A DNA stretch of 64,000 nucleotides from positions 1,302,001-1,366,000 of the forward strand of contig NIVC01000059.1 in assembly GCA_002269645.1 (NCBI GenBank), given 5' to 3'. Position 1 is the first letter of the stretch, and every line of letters starts with the position of its first letter. This stretch comes from Macrostomum lignano (taxonomy: Eukaryota). This document shows, piece by piece, positions 1-20,734 of the stretch. A program made the translations under genes and the position numbers. The notes under the pieces are model-generated. The model did no database searches. It saw nothing but the letters and a program-made list of their open reading frames with translations, and was not told the DNA's origin.

Positions 1-884
1 AATATAAAACTTTTGAAAAGCGTCTAGTGGTGTATAACGGTGCAATTAAAATATCAAATATAGTTCATAATTCCTGCAGTCCACAGCTTTTGTATCAGTT
101 CAGCAATTGCTGTAGTTTAATTTGTCAAATATAGAATCTTTATTATAAGAAAACTATAGTATTTAAAATTGCTACAGAATGGTGAGTATTAAAACTAATT
201 TATTTGTAAGTTGTGTAGTAAATCGTATTTTTTGTCATTCATTTTTTTATAATTGATTACTTTAAACTAAATAAATATTATGATTACTCTTATTAGGGTA
301 GTAGCCTAATTACTACGCATCATGTGACCTACTTAAAGGGTTATCGTGCGATTCACACCCCATGATTCATGGGCCATGAAAGCCAATCCTCGAGGAACAG
401 AAAGAGGCCACTGTCCATCCTGTGTGAGTGTATGTTTGTGAGTGCCTGCTGCCTACAGTACATTTTGGCGCACGCGTTGTGTGCTCAATTGGGTTCGATC
501 AGCAAACGGATGGGACGTAATTGTTGAGGCATTTCCGCAGGTTGTGTAGAGGTGCTGCTGAAAGAGTTGCACCAGGCTAGCTAGGGTGCCAAAAACCTTC
601 AGTAACTAAGAACTTCGTCTGTTGGAGTAATTAGAAAAGCTAGAATAGCTTTACGAGTTCTGGATCAAGAAGTTTAATAAATTTAAGATACATACATGTT
701 ATATGTTTGAACAAGCATGATGTAAATTGCATCACATCGCATATGTCGTAGACATTGTAGCTACTGTATTGTAGACGCCTGCATGTACTGTGCTAAGATT
801 AAAGTCTAATAACAATTAGAAAACAATTCACCCACGGTTATAGTTCTATACATATTTTCAGCAACCCGTCTGTAGTGAACTGAA

Positions 885-1939
885 GGGGTCGCTTTCATAA
901 GACCGAATAATTTCACAACGCCGAAAAGCACTACCCTTCACAAGACCGAAACCTCATAAGACCGAAATTTCACAACGCGGAAAACTACTGCACGAGCCTT
1001 CACAAGACCGAAACTTCATTAGACCGAAATTTCACAACGCGGAAAACTACTGCACGTCGATCCTTCACAAGACCGAAACTTCATAAGACCGAAATTTCAC
1101 AACGCGGAAAACTACTGCACGAGCCTTCACAAGACCGAAACTTCACAAGACCGAAATTTCACAACGCGGAAAACTACTGCACGAGCCTTCACAAGACCGA
1201 AACTTCATTAGACCGAAATTTCACAACGCGGAAAACTACTGCACGTCGATCCTTCACAAGACCGAAACTTCATAAGACCGAAATTTCACAACGCGGAAAA
1301 CTACTGCACGAGCCTTCACAAGACCGAAACTTCATAAGACCGAAATTTCATAAGACCGAAAACTCAAAATGGAAAATGAACAATACATTTCACTACTCAC
1401 TGTTCACAAAAATTTGAGTGCTTCGTTCGTGCTTGCTTCTGACGTAACAAATTTTATAATGACCAAGAACATTCACATGCTGTATGAAATTTACACTCGA
1501 TGGCGAGAGCAGAATGACAAAGTAATTTCCTCCATAACTTTAATTTTTATAACTTATTTTTCGGACTTTGATGCTTCAGAAGCATATGACTTATATGATA
1601 TGGAATTTTAACAGCTCCATTTCCTACCCTCTGGTTGTTTGCTTTTTTATCCACGAAGGCATTTAATGTACTTATAGGCCAATGTAGCGTAAGGCATACC
1701 AACGAAAGGATCAACGAAATGGATCTATATCCTCCTAAGTGTTAACTAGCCAATTATAGAAAGGGAGGTCTGTACAGAGGTCTGTACAGACAGTCTGTAC
1801 GTCTGTCTGTCTGTTCCAAGCGTATACTCCTGCACATGTTGTGAAATTTCGGTCTTATGAAGTTTCGGTCTTGTGAAGGATCGTGCAGTATAGTTTTCGG
1901 CGTTGTGAAATTTCGGTCTTATGAAACCCCCCTCCCCCC
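885..1939. mobile_element. Non-autonomous foldback/MITE-like DNA element with modular terminal inverted repeats
   Basis: Left arm (ggggtcgctttcataagaccgaa..., internally expanded to about 7 units of ~65 bp to ~1368) is the reverse complement of the right arm ~1837-1939 (...ttcggtcttatgaaacccccctcccccc). AACTGAA flanks both ends (878-884 and 1940-1946). Confidence 0.75.
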
Positions 1940-2574
1940 AACTGAATTGCGAAATTGAAATGCTAGATATGTTCATGTACGCATGTGTACGTATATTGTT
2001 ACTAGTTAGTAGTCTATCAAGAAATTCAACAAGATATAAATTTATATTTATGATGTGGCCAACGCGCGCACGTGCATATCAATACCTGTTTTAAAAAATT
2101 AGAATAAACATTAAAATAATAATACTCGTAAATATATACTTTTTGAATTTTATTGAATATTAATTTCAATTAAAGACTCAGCTAACAAGATCAGATTATG
2201 CATTTTAGGACTACAAATGAGTCATGGCCGGTACAAAGTCACAAATTAATATTCGTTATAACATAAATATAATAAATTATTAATTTGATTTTAAAACCGG
2301 CATCCAAAAATATACACACTACACTTATCAGTAAAACACCACCATTAGAAGCAATTGAAGGAATTAAGCGCGATCTGCAGCTTAGAAAACCTCTTCTTCA
2401 TTTGGCATAAATTAGTTTTCAATAACCATTTCGCTTGGGAACTGGTTGCTTCCTACAGCTGCTGGTAGTGCATGTTGTGGGAAGAATCGTGAGGATCTTC
2501 GATTCGAAATCGACGTGTGCTCATGGCAAATCGGATCTGGCTGGGTTTTCTCTGGTACATGTATAATGCGTGTA

Positions 2575-3415
2575 AACCTCCCTTCTCTCAGCTCTCCTTT
2601 GCCTCCCTTTTCTTTCTCCCTTCTCTCTCCCTTGTCTCCCCCTTCTCTTTCCTTTCTCTCTCCCTTGTCTCCCCCTTCTCTTTCCCTTCTCTCTCCCTTG
2701 TCTCCCCCTTCTCTTTCCCTTCTCTCTCCCTTGCCTCCCCTTTCTCTTTCCCTTCTCTCTCCCTTGCCTCCCCTTTCTCTTTCCCTTCTCTCTCTCCCTT
2801 GTCTCCCCCTTCTCTTTCCCTTCTCTCTCCCTTGCCTCCCCTTTCTCTTTCCCTTCTCTCTCCCTTGTCTCCCCCTTCTCTTTCCCTTCTCTCTCCCTTG
2901 CCTCCCCTTTCTCTTTCCCTTCTCTCTCCCTTGTCTCCCCCTTCTCTTTCCCTTCTCTCTCCCTTGTCTCCCCCTTCTCTTTCCCTTCTCTCTCCCTTGT
3001 CTCCCCCTTCTCTTTCCCTTCTCTCTCCCTTGCCTCCCCTTTCTCTCTCCCTTCTCTCTCCCTTGTCTCCCCTTTTTCTCTCCCTTCTCTCTCCCTTGTC
3101 TCCCCCTTCTCTTTCCCTTCTCTCTCCCTTGTCTCCCCCTTCTCTTTCCCTTCTCTCTCTCCCTTGTCTCCCCCTTCTCTTTCCCTTCTCTCTCCCTTGT
3201 CTCCCCCTTCTCTTTCCCTTCTCTCTCCCTTGTCTCCCCCTTCTCTTTCCCTTCTCTCTCCCTTGTCTCCCCCTTCTCTTTCCCTTCTCTCTCCCTTGCC
3301 TCCCCTTTCTCTCTCCCTTCTCTCTCCCTTGTCTCCCCTTTTTCTCTCCCTTCTCTCTCCCTTGCCTCCCCTTTCTCTCTCCCTTCTTTCTTCTTTCTCT
3401 CTTCTCTCTCCCTTC
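2575..3415. repeat. CT-rich 33-bp minisatellite (cttgtctcccccttctctttcccttctctctcc)n
   Basis: Direct reading; explains the 11-aa-periodic ORFs in all frames. Confidence 0.95.
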
Positions 3416-4307
3416 CGTCTCCATCTCATCACCACTTATTCCATATTTCCATTAGTCTCCACTAATTAACCCGATCCCTGCAATCATTTTTACTGAATAC
3501 CCTCGTAGCCACATCTGTTCTTAAAACGAGAGCTAGAAAAGTATCCACGCAACAGAAAACTTGTATTATTGCCGGTTTTCTCATTACCAAAAAAATTAAC
3601 TAGAGACATCCAAGGTGCGCTAAGCAGAGGAGCAGTAAAGAGTGAGAAGAGAGAGTCAGTCACTCGCTCAATCGCCCTAGCTACCAGGCCAAATGCAACC
3701 TTAGTCAGGCAACTCAACCAATCTTATTGTCGACAAAAATTCACTATATATACATGCAGTAGGGGGATTTTGGGATTATTATTTCTCTACCTGGCGTTTC
3801 CAATTACACCACAGGCAGCCATGCTAGAGAGAGAGAGCTTGTGTGTTAGCCATCATCTCTAATACTAGATGTTTCTCATTTCTCATTTCCCAGCTGGCCA
3901 GCTACTCGTAGTTACAACCCCACACGATTGGCGATGCTCCATCTCTTTGCCCTGGGACCGCTCGTGTGGCCTGCACCCTGCTAAACTCCCAGCGCTGCTG
4001 GGCCTAAATAGTAATTAACTTGGCGATAATGAAAACTGGAGTGACGAATGAGGGACACAAGCGGCCGACTGCACCGAGGAGGCAGCCACCTATGGCGCCG
4101 GTCCGACACAAGCTTCTGTACACCTGACTGACCTAAAATGAAAAACCAAAAATGCTAAAACACCGAAGCACGTGGGTTTCTTAGCTTAGTCCTAGATGGA
4201 GGGCCGATTTTTCTCTCTCAAGACTGAACTTTAAGTGAAGTGAAATTTGTTTTGACAATAAGTTACTCTGCACATTTCTTCCAGACTGCACAGCTCACGA
4301 AACGGAT

Positions 4308-4411
4308 AGGCAGACAGACAGACAGACAGGCAGACAGACAGGCAGACAGACAGGCAGACAGACAGGCAGACAGACAGGCAGACAGACAGAAACACAGATA
4401 AACAGACAGAC

Positions 4412-4442
<31 letters not shown>

Positions 4443-4483
4443 GAGACACACAGACACACAGACAGACAGAGAGACATACAGAC

Positions 4484-4514
<31 letters not shown>

Positions 4515-4587
4515 GGCAGACAGACAGACAGGCAGGCAGACAGACAGACAGACAGACAGAAACACAGATAGACAGACAGACAGAGAC

Positions 4588-4648
<61 letters not shown>

Positions 4649-4721
4649 CACAGACAGACACACAGACAGACAGACAGACAGACACACAGACAGACAGACA
4701 GACACAGACAGACAGACAGGC

Positions 4722-4762
<41 letters not shown>

Positions 4763-4835
4763 CACAGACAGACACACAGACAGACAGACAGACAGACACA
4801 CAGACAGACAGACAGACACAGACAGACAGACAGGC

Positions 4836-4880
<45 letters not shown>

Positions 4881-4905
4881 CAGACAGACACCAAGACAGA
4901 CAGGC

Positions 4906-4937
<32 letters not shown>

Positions 4938-4941
4938 TCTA

Positions 4942-5010
<69 letters not shown>

Positions 5011-5045
5011 CACAAACAGACAGACAGACAGGCAGGCAGACAGGC

Positions 5046-5106
<61 letters not shown>

Positions 5107-5157
5107 GGCAGGCAGACAGACAGACAGACACACAGACAGGCAGGCAGGCAGGCAGGC

Positions 5158-5225
<68 letters not shown>
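4308..5225. repeat. (GACA)n microsatellite with GGCA/CACA variants
   Basis: Direct reading. Confidence 0.97.
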
Positions 5226-5982
5226 TCACATCACTTAGGGTTAGTTAGAGAATGCATGGCAGTGCGTGCGCACTAATGTATTGATGTAGTCACGAACCCC
5301 ATCGTCAATAAGCTTCGAAATATTCCGCTTTTTTAAAAGACAAAACAGATTTTTTGAGGCTGAAGCATGGGTTTTTTAATTCTAACGACCAACCGACCGC
5401 AGGCAAAATCAGACAGGCAAAATGTTGTTTTGTATAATTACTTGAAGATGGATTCTGCGGTTGATGTTAGTGTGGCACGATTCTACCTCGTACTAGAAAT
5501 TTTACTAATAGTAATAAACTTATACTTGCATCTAACTGTAGGACTGATTATGGCGCGATTATAACTACTAATAAAAAAAATTAGAGAATCTGAAAAATCA
5601 CGGAAATTCTGCTGCAGTAATAGCTAGTGAACGAGTCCAATTGTTATAATTTTCAATAATAATTTGAATATGATTTTTGTTTATTTAATGCCAAAAAGTT
5701 GTTAAAATTTTAGATTTGTTTAATTAGCGATAAAACAGAAAAAAACGAGTTGGAATTTTTTAAAATTAAAGCCGTAACTTTTTTGTTACAATCGGTAGCT
5801 CGAGACAATATTCTTCGTTTAGTTTTGTTTAAATACGCTCGATTTGATTCTGTGCCGGACTTCAAAAAACGTAACGATTGTGACGTTAATAGTCGCTTCT
5901 TATTTTTATCTATCTTCGTTGGCGCCAGAAGTCACGTGACACCAGACACAGCGAGGTCACGTGACAGAGCCGCGCTCGCTCT

Positions 5983-14746
<8,764 letters not shown>

Positions 14747-14854
14747 TTGCGCGCCAAAAATATTATCAGATTAATCGAGATCAACAAGAATTTCACTAGC
14801 AAAGCTGGTCGAGAGAGGACTCTAGCAATGATTTATAGCTTTCGTAACAGCGAC

Positions 14855-14995
14855 AGAACCGGCACTGCGACCGGACTCAAACCGCTTCCTATTTTAATAC
14901 CCCACCGAGTCGGCTTTTCCTCATCATCATTTTCTTCCCTACTAATGCTACAACAATCTCCAATGGCAACAACTACAGCCAGCCAATCAGAGAGC
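14855..14995 (-). promoter_or_regulatory. Putative core promoter of the prohormone-4-like gene
   Basis: TATA-like tattaaaa (~14890-14900, minus strand) about 30 nt before an Inr-like tcgcagt, with CCAAT motifs at ~14960 and ~14982. Motif-based only. Confidence 0.35.
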
Positions 14996-15519
14996 GCTCA
15001 AAGGTTGGCGACTGAGTGGTGTATGGGATGAGATCTGAGGCGCCTACTCAGCCGCACGCATATACAATATACAACACAATACAATTCAGAGATGCCGGTT
15101 TTTTACATTTCCATCAATAATTAATAATTCATAAAGCTATACAGATGAGTATTAGACTTAGACCATAATCTGCGCCGATGATAGGGTGGGGGACTATAAA
15201 AAAGATAAAAGATGAGAGAGAATTAGAAATTTAGCACGAACCCCCGGAACCCCGGGGCTAAGAACAATATCATAGCGGAGTGGATCCCTAAATGCCCACC
15301 TGTATAATTATCTACGCCAACCAAGTATAGCGAAGCTAGTGGCTGGCTGCAATATGCAACTGGCTCATCGTTTCTTTTTGGATTGCCGACTATATTCGTT
15401 CCAACTCTGTTGCCATCAAGTTTCTGTGCAGGCGAAAGGTTTCTCCTTTTTTTAAACAAAAATGCCTTTTTGACGGAACTTTTCAAAAGACCATTTTTTC
15501 GAGCAACGGGCCTAAGATC

Positions 15520-15900
15520 TGGGAGGCTGGCCCAAGCAACTGACACTGTGGGAGGCTGGCCCAAGCAACTGACACTGTGGGAGGCTGGCCCAGCAACTGA
15601 CACTCTGGGAGGCTGACCAAGCAACTGAGGATCTGGGAGGCTGGCCCAGCAACTGACACTGTGGGAGGCTGACCCAGCAACTGAGGATCTGGGAGGCTGG
15701 CCCAGCAACTGATACTGTGGGAGGCTGACCCAGCAACTGAGGATCTGGGAGGCTGGCCCAGCAACTGATACTGTGGGAGGCTGACCCAGCAACTGAGGAT
15801 CTGGGAGGCTGGCCCAGCAACTGAGGATCTGGGAGGCTGGCCCAGCAACTGAGGATCTGGGAGGCTGGCCCAGCAACTGAGGATCTGGGAGGCTGATCTG
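15520..15900. repeat. 28-bp minisatellite (ctgggaggctggcccagcaactgaggat)n between the KDM1B-like and prohormone-4 genes
   Basis: Direct reading. Confidence 0.95.
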
Positions 15901-16429
15901 GGAGTAGAGGTAAAAAATGAGACAAAGAAAATTTTAAATCTTTTTTGAATTATATAAGAGAGGCTTTCGTCAGATAAACTACAGGAATTGAGTTTATTAC
16001 AAAAATAATAAAAACGCTTAGCAGCTACTGTAAGTAGAAATGCGCAAATATAGTGTGCTGCCGGAACAGAAAAATGTGCAATCAAGTGACTTAAGGGTTT
16101 AGTTAAAAGAAAGTCAAATGGATTTATTCTACTTCCAGTAGTCAAATGGATAACCGAATTTATTTTTATTTTGCTTACAAAAGATGATGTAATAGAAAAA
16201 TGCAAAAGGAACACAGAACAACAAGAAAACACGATGAGAGTATGATTAAATTTACAGTACGCTCGTAGCAAGTGTCTTTAAAATGAAAATGGCTATCGCA
16301 ATAAACACAGAGAGAGAAACAGACCAGAGTCATTATTAAAGACGAGACAAAAGCATCCCAGCAACTATAAGCATTCTAGTGATTAAAACTAATGACAGTA
16401 GCAACCTGATCGACCTTAGCAGATCGAAT

Positions 16430-16690
16430 GCGCTTAGCAACTAAAAAAGAATCACCCTAGCAACTAAAGAAGAATCACCCTAGCAACTAAAGAAGCGCCC
16501 TAGCAACTAAAAAAGATTCACCTTAGCAACTAAAGAAGAATCACTCTAGCAACTGAAGAATAATCACCCTAGCAACTAAAGAAGCGCCCTAGCAACTAAA
16601 AAAGACTCACCCTAGCAACCAAGAAAGAATCACCATAGCAACTAAGAAAGAATCACCCTAGCAACCAGAAATACACACCCCAGCAACCGA
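16430..16690. repeat. ~23-bp repeat (ccctagcaactaaagaagaatca)n in the KDM1B-like 3' region
   Basis: Direct reading. Confidence 0.9.
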
Positions 16691-16741
16691 ATGTAAAGAA
16701 GAAAACAGCTAGATAAGACAATGTCCAGATACTCAGACGCC

Positions 16742-19700
16742 CTAGCAACGCTGCTCAGCCCGAAGCAGCACCCGCCTAGACCGAGCGTCCAGCCAGTCGG
16801 CCACCCGGCCAGCAGCGGCCAGTCCGCTGACGCAGGCGCCAGTCAGGCTGTGCGGAAACTCCTTCGATGCGGCTTCGCCGGCGAAGAACAACGGGCCGGC
16901 ATCGCCGTCGCCGTCGCAGTCGCCGCCGCTAGAGCAGCCGACGTCGGCTGAAAGTGCATCGGCGAATTCGGCGTCGCCAGTAGGCGACCATCGACCAGCG
17001 GCCGGGTAGGCGGCGGACCAGCTGCTCAGCGACGAATCGACGGGCGGTTCGGCAGATTCGCCGAATATTACGGCGAGTCGACGAGCGGCCTCTCTGGTGG
17101 CGTAGCCGAGCGGATCAGCCTGAGCTGCCAGATGTTCAACAGCCTTGCCGCAGAAGATCGCCAACAGCGGAAAGGCCGACGACGTTGATGGCGAATTGTC
17201 GCCAGCGACCGGGGACGGATCGACAAACAGGTGGCAGATGCCGCGACTTGTCGACGACTCCGGCAGGGTGGCAAAACATCGACTCGGCAGCCAGAATCGA
17301 CGTCGGAATCGAAGCCTCAGCGTCGACAAACGGCAGCAGCCGTGAGCGTCGGCCGCTCGCAGTTTAGAACTGGGCAGCGGCGGCTCGAACTTCGGACCGT
17401 CATTATCGTCGCCGGTCAGAAGACCCGACGGCGTTAGCGGCAGCGTCAACAGACAGCAGGCGGCGCGGATCCGACGCCCGTCTGTTAGCGACACTTCGAC
17501 GCCAGCGTCTGGCGAAGTCGAGGAGGCCGCCGGACGTCGACAGATCCGTGCGACGGCGGAACCGCACAGCAGCGGAACCGTCCGCGAGCCGGCAGCCAGC
17601 CAGTCGGCCAGGTCGGCCAGAGTGTCGACTTCGACAATCGCTGAATTGTCGCTTAGTTGCGGCAGAATTTTGTCGCGCTCGAACGGCAACGTCGAGGCGG
17701 CGGATACTAGATTGAGTGGGGCGCCTAATCTGTACTCTAAACTGGCCAGGTAGAAATTTAATAATCTGGCGCCTTGCTCCGAACTGGCGGTCATCGCGTC
17801 TAACAGACTCTGCTCGTCGATTTGCGTCGAAACTGATACGTCATCACTTTCGATTGGTGCCGACACAAATCCGGTTGGATTCGAGCTATTTTCGGTAAGA
17901 TTGGATTCCTTTGCAGTGGGATTTGATTTACTTCCGGTAGAATTGGGTTCACTTCCGGTAGGATTGGCTTCACTTCCGGTAGGATTGGCTTCAGTTCCGG
18001 TAGGATTTGCTTCAGTTCCGGTATGATTGGATTCACTTCCGGTGGGATTGGCTTCACTTCCGGTGGGATAGGCTTCACTTCCGGTAGGAATAGATTTACT
18101 TCCTGTTGCATCATAATTCGCAGCATCGGATTCGACAAAGAAGCTAACAGCTTCACTTCCCGTTGCCCGAGCCTTTCGCCTAGCTGACGCGTAGACTCGC
18201 TTAGCGGACGCCGCGGTGAGTGCCTCAGTAACGACATCGACAGCTTGACAGACCACGTCGGACTCCACCGCGATCCGACCGCCGTCGGGCCAATCGAACA
18301 GGTCTACGTTCAGCAACGGATTATCCTCCAGACTAAGGACGCCGCTGTGGCCGATGCCCCGCTGCAGTGCCATCAGACACAACGGGTTATTCGACACACT
18401 GTCGACAACAGCAACGTCGGGTAAACGACGTCGCCGACGACTATTTCCTTTGTCGTTATCCTTATCGTCGTTGTTGGTCGATTCAATCAGAACGACGCGT
18501 CGGCCAAAGTTGACCAGCTGCCGAGCCGCCGCCAGTCCCGCAATGTCGTCGCCGAAAATAACGACATCGGCGACACTAGCGTCGTCGGAATCGCCGTCGT
18601 CGCCGTCAGCAGCATCGGGAGCGACAGGTCGGACGCCGAAATTAATAAGGCCCAGACGTTCTAATCGACGAATAATAGCCGGCAAAATGGCCGAACAGAT
18701 CCGAATCCTGGCCAGGCCTCTACATAGGATTAACGATTCGGAGCGTCGACTGTCAGCAATAGTTGGCCAATCGGCTGGTGTCCGAGACGATGATTGAGCC
18801 AGCGTCGAGTGCCAGATGGCCCAGGCGGCTAGTAGAGTATTGCGCACTGCCAGGTACAGCTGCGGCTGGTTGCGCAGCTCCAACTGGCCAGCTGGGTAGG
18901 CGGCGGCAAGTTCGTCGGGATCGACCTGGTCGGGCCGGACCGACAAAGCCGAGCGGCTCGAAGAAGCGGCCGAGGACTGGCCGAAAGAGAACAGGCCGCT
19001 GGCGAACGGGTGGAGCTGGGACGGCGAATCTAAGGGACGGCGGGGAGGAGGGGAAGAGGTGATTTAGTTGTTGACTGAATTCGGACACCGCTGATGAGGT
19101 TTAGAGTCTGGGCCTCCTCATCCACTTCCTCTATCTTCCAGACTCCTAAAATTTCCCATTCCTACATGTACCTCCGTTCCCTACATGTAGCTCACCATCC
19201 TTACATCTACCTCACCATTCCTACATCTATCTCACCATCCCTACATCTACCTTACCATCCCTACATCTACCTCACCATTCCTACATCTATCTCACCATCC
19301 CTACATCTACCTCACCATCCCTACATCTATCTCACCATCCCTACATCTACCTTACCATCCCTACATCTACCTCATTATCCCTACATCTACCTTACCATCC
19401 CTACATCCGCCTCTCGAAGCCTACATCCGCCTCTCGATCCCTACATCCGCCTCTCGAACCCTACATCCGCCTCTCGATCCCTACATCCGCGTCTCGATCC
19501 CTACATCCGCCTCTCGATCCCTACATCCGCCTTTCGAACCCTACATCCGCCTCTCGAACCCTACATCCGCCTCTCGATCCCTACATCCGCCTCTCGAAGC
19601 CTACATCCGCTTTCGATCCCTACATCTGCCTCCCGAACCCTACATCCGCCTCTTGAACCCTACATCCGCTCCTCGATCCCTACATCCGCCTCTCGATCCC

Positions 19701-20684
19701 TACATCCGCCTCTCGATCCCTACATCCGCCTCCCGAACCCTACATCCGCCTCTCGAACCCTACATCCACCTCTCGATCCCTACATCTGCCTCCCGATCCC
19801 TACATCTGCCTCCCGATCCCTACATCCGCCTCTCGATCCCTACATCTGCCTCCCGAAGTAGGAGGGCTGTTGGAAAACGCCTTCGGCGACACCGTCCCAC
19901 CACACAGGGTGTACAGCAGCCCTGACAAGCCCCAAAATGAATGTGGCCAGGAATCGAACCAGGGGACGCATTTACCGCTAAGCCCTACCAATCAGCTGAT
20001 CACCGGGCAGAGGCGCCAGACCAACGCTTAAAGGCCTGCAGCCGTACAACTTGGAGTCAAACAGCAGCAGCCTTCTACAGCAGTTGTCCTGCAGCAGCAC
20101 AGGAACAGCCAGGCTGGATAGAAAGTCAGGATCCGACGCCGCCCAAGCCACGCCCGGGTGTTCGGGTTCGTCGCAATTACTGCATCGAAACTCTAACAGA
20201 CGCCTTGGCAACAAGTTATAATCGTTATCGCTATTACAATCCGAGCCAGTGTCTAATTGTCTCCACCGGCCGCAGTCTCGACAAGAGGCCCAGTAGGGCA
20301 GTGCGGCGTTAGCCAGCAGTTCCCTGGGGCTGGGCTGGCGGCACTCCGCACGCAACCAGGCCGATCTGAGCTGAGCAACCCAACTAGGCGCCCATTCGTT
20401 GGCCAACCGGCCTCGATAGCACAGCTCGAAACAGGCGTTGCAATAGTGTTCCCACCTGCTCAGGTGGTACCAACGCGACGTTTTCGAATTAGATTCTGTT
20501 GCTATAGCGACGCAACGAGACGATAGGCGGGCGAAACAGACCGGTTGAGACTCGCCGCAACCAGATTTTGTGCAGCCTTCGAGAGCACCGCGGCTGCCGA
20601 CGAAGTCAGAGCTATCGGGTTCGCGTTTGCGCTTCTGAAGACAGATATTTGGTCTGTGTTTCTTAGAAACAGTGGGCTGCGATC
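16742..20684 (-). CDS. KDM1B: KDM1B/LSD2-like protein (C4H2C2 zinc finger, CW zinc finger, SWIRM, amine-oxidase fold), ~990 aa; start codon unresolved; catalytic motifs degenerate
   Basis: Exons ~20684-19989 (alternative donor gives 20004) and 19029-16742. CTKSGC...PVCFA...RC...TSRWYHLSRWEHYCNACFE (C4H2C2 finger), LPYWASCRDCGRWRQL...C..PE (zf-CW), ALSVRPDQ...LYLAVRNTLLAAW...RGLARIR...LERLGLINFG (SWIRM), LNFYLASLEYRLG, LFFAGEAASKEFPHSLTGACVSGL all align with LSD2 as I recall it. Confidence 0.9.
19190..19860. repeat. 20-bp minisatellite with two sub-arrays (cctacatctacctcaccatc, then cctacatccgcctctcgatc) in the KDM1B-like intron
   Basis: Direct reading. Confidence 0.95.
19865..19989 (-). mobile_element. 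tRNA-derived SINE family B, 5' part
   Basis: Minus strand ggtagggcttagcgg (A-box-like)...ggttcgattcc (B box)...cattcatttt...agggctgctgtacaccctgtgtg, shared with 60560-60690. Confidence 0.7.
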
Positions 20685-20734
20685 CTAGATAAGAGATGAG
20701 CAGCCGGTCTGGATGAGATGAGACAGTGCAGGTG

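Noticed and set aside
885-1368. CRISPR-like repeat array
   Set aside because: Eukaryotic context, no unique spacers, no cas genes; it is the expanded arm of an inverted-repeat element. The same applies to the other arrays.
1369-1611. 80-aa ORF inside the foldback element
   Set aside because: No recognisable motif, AT-rich; probably chance.
2446-5229. Long ORFs such as (PSLSLVSPFSF)n, (REREGGDKGE)n and (SVCL)n
   Set aside because: Translations of stop-free tandem repeats, open in several frames on both strands.
17068-18797. Overlapping alternative-frame and antisense ORFs within the KDM1B-like exon
   Set aside because: Expected in a GC-rich exon; no motifs.
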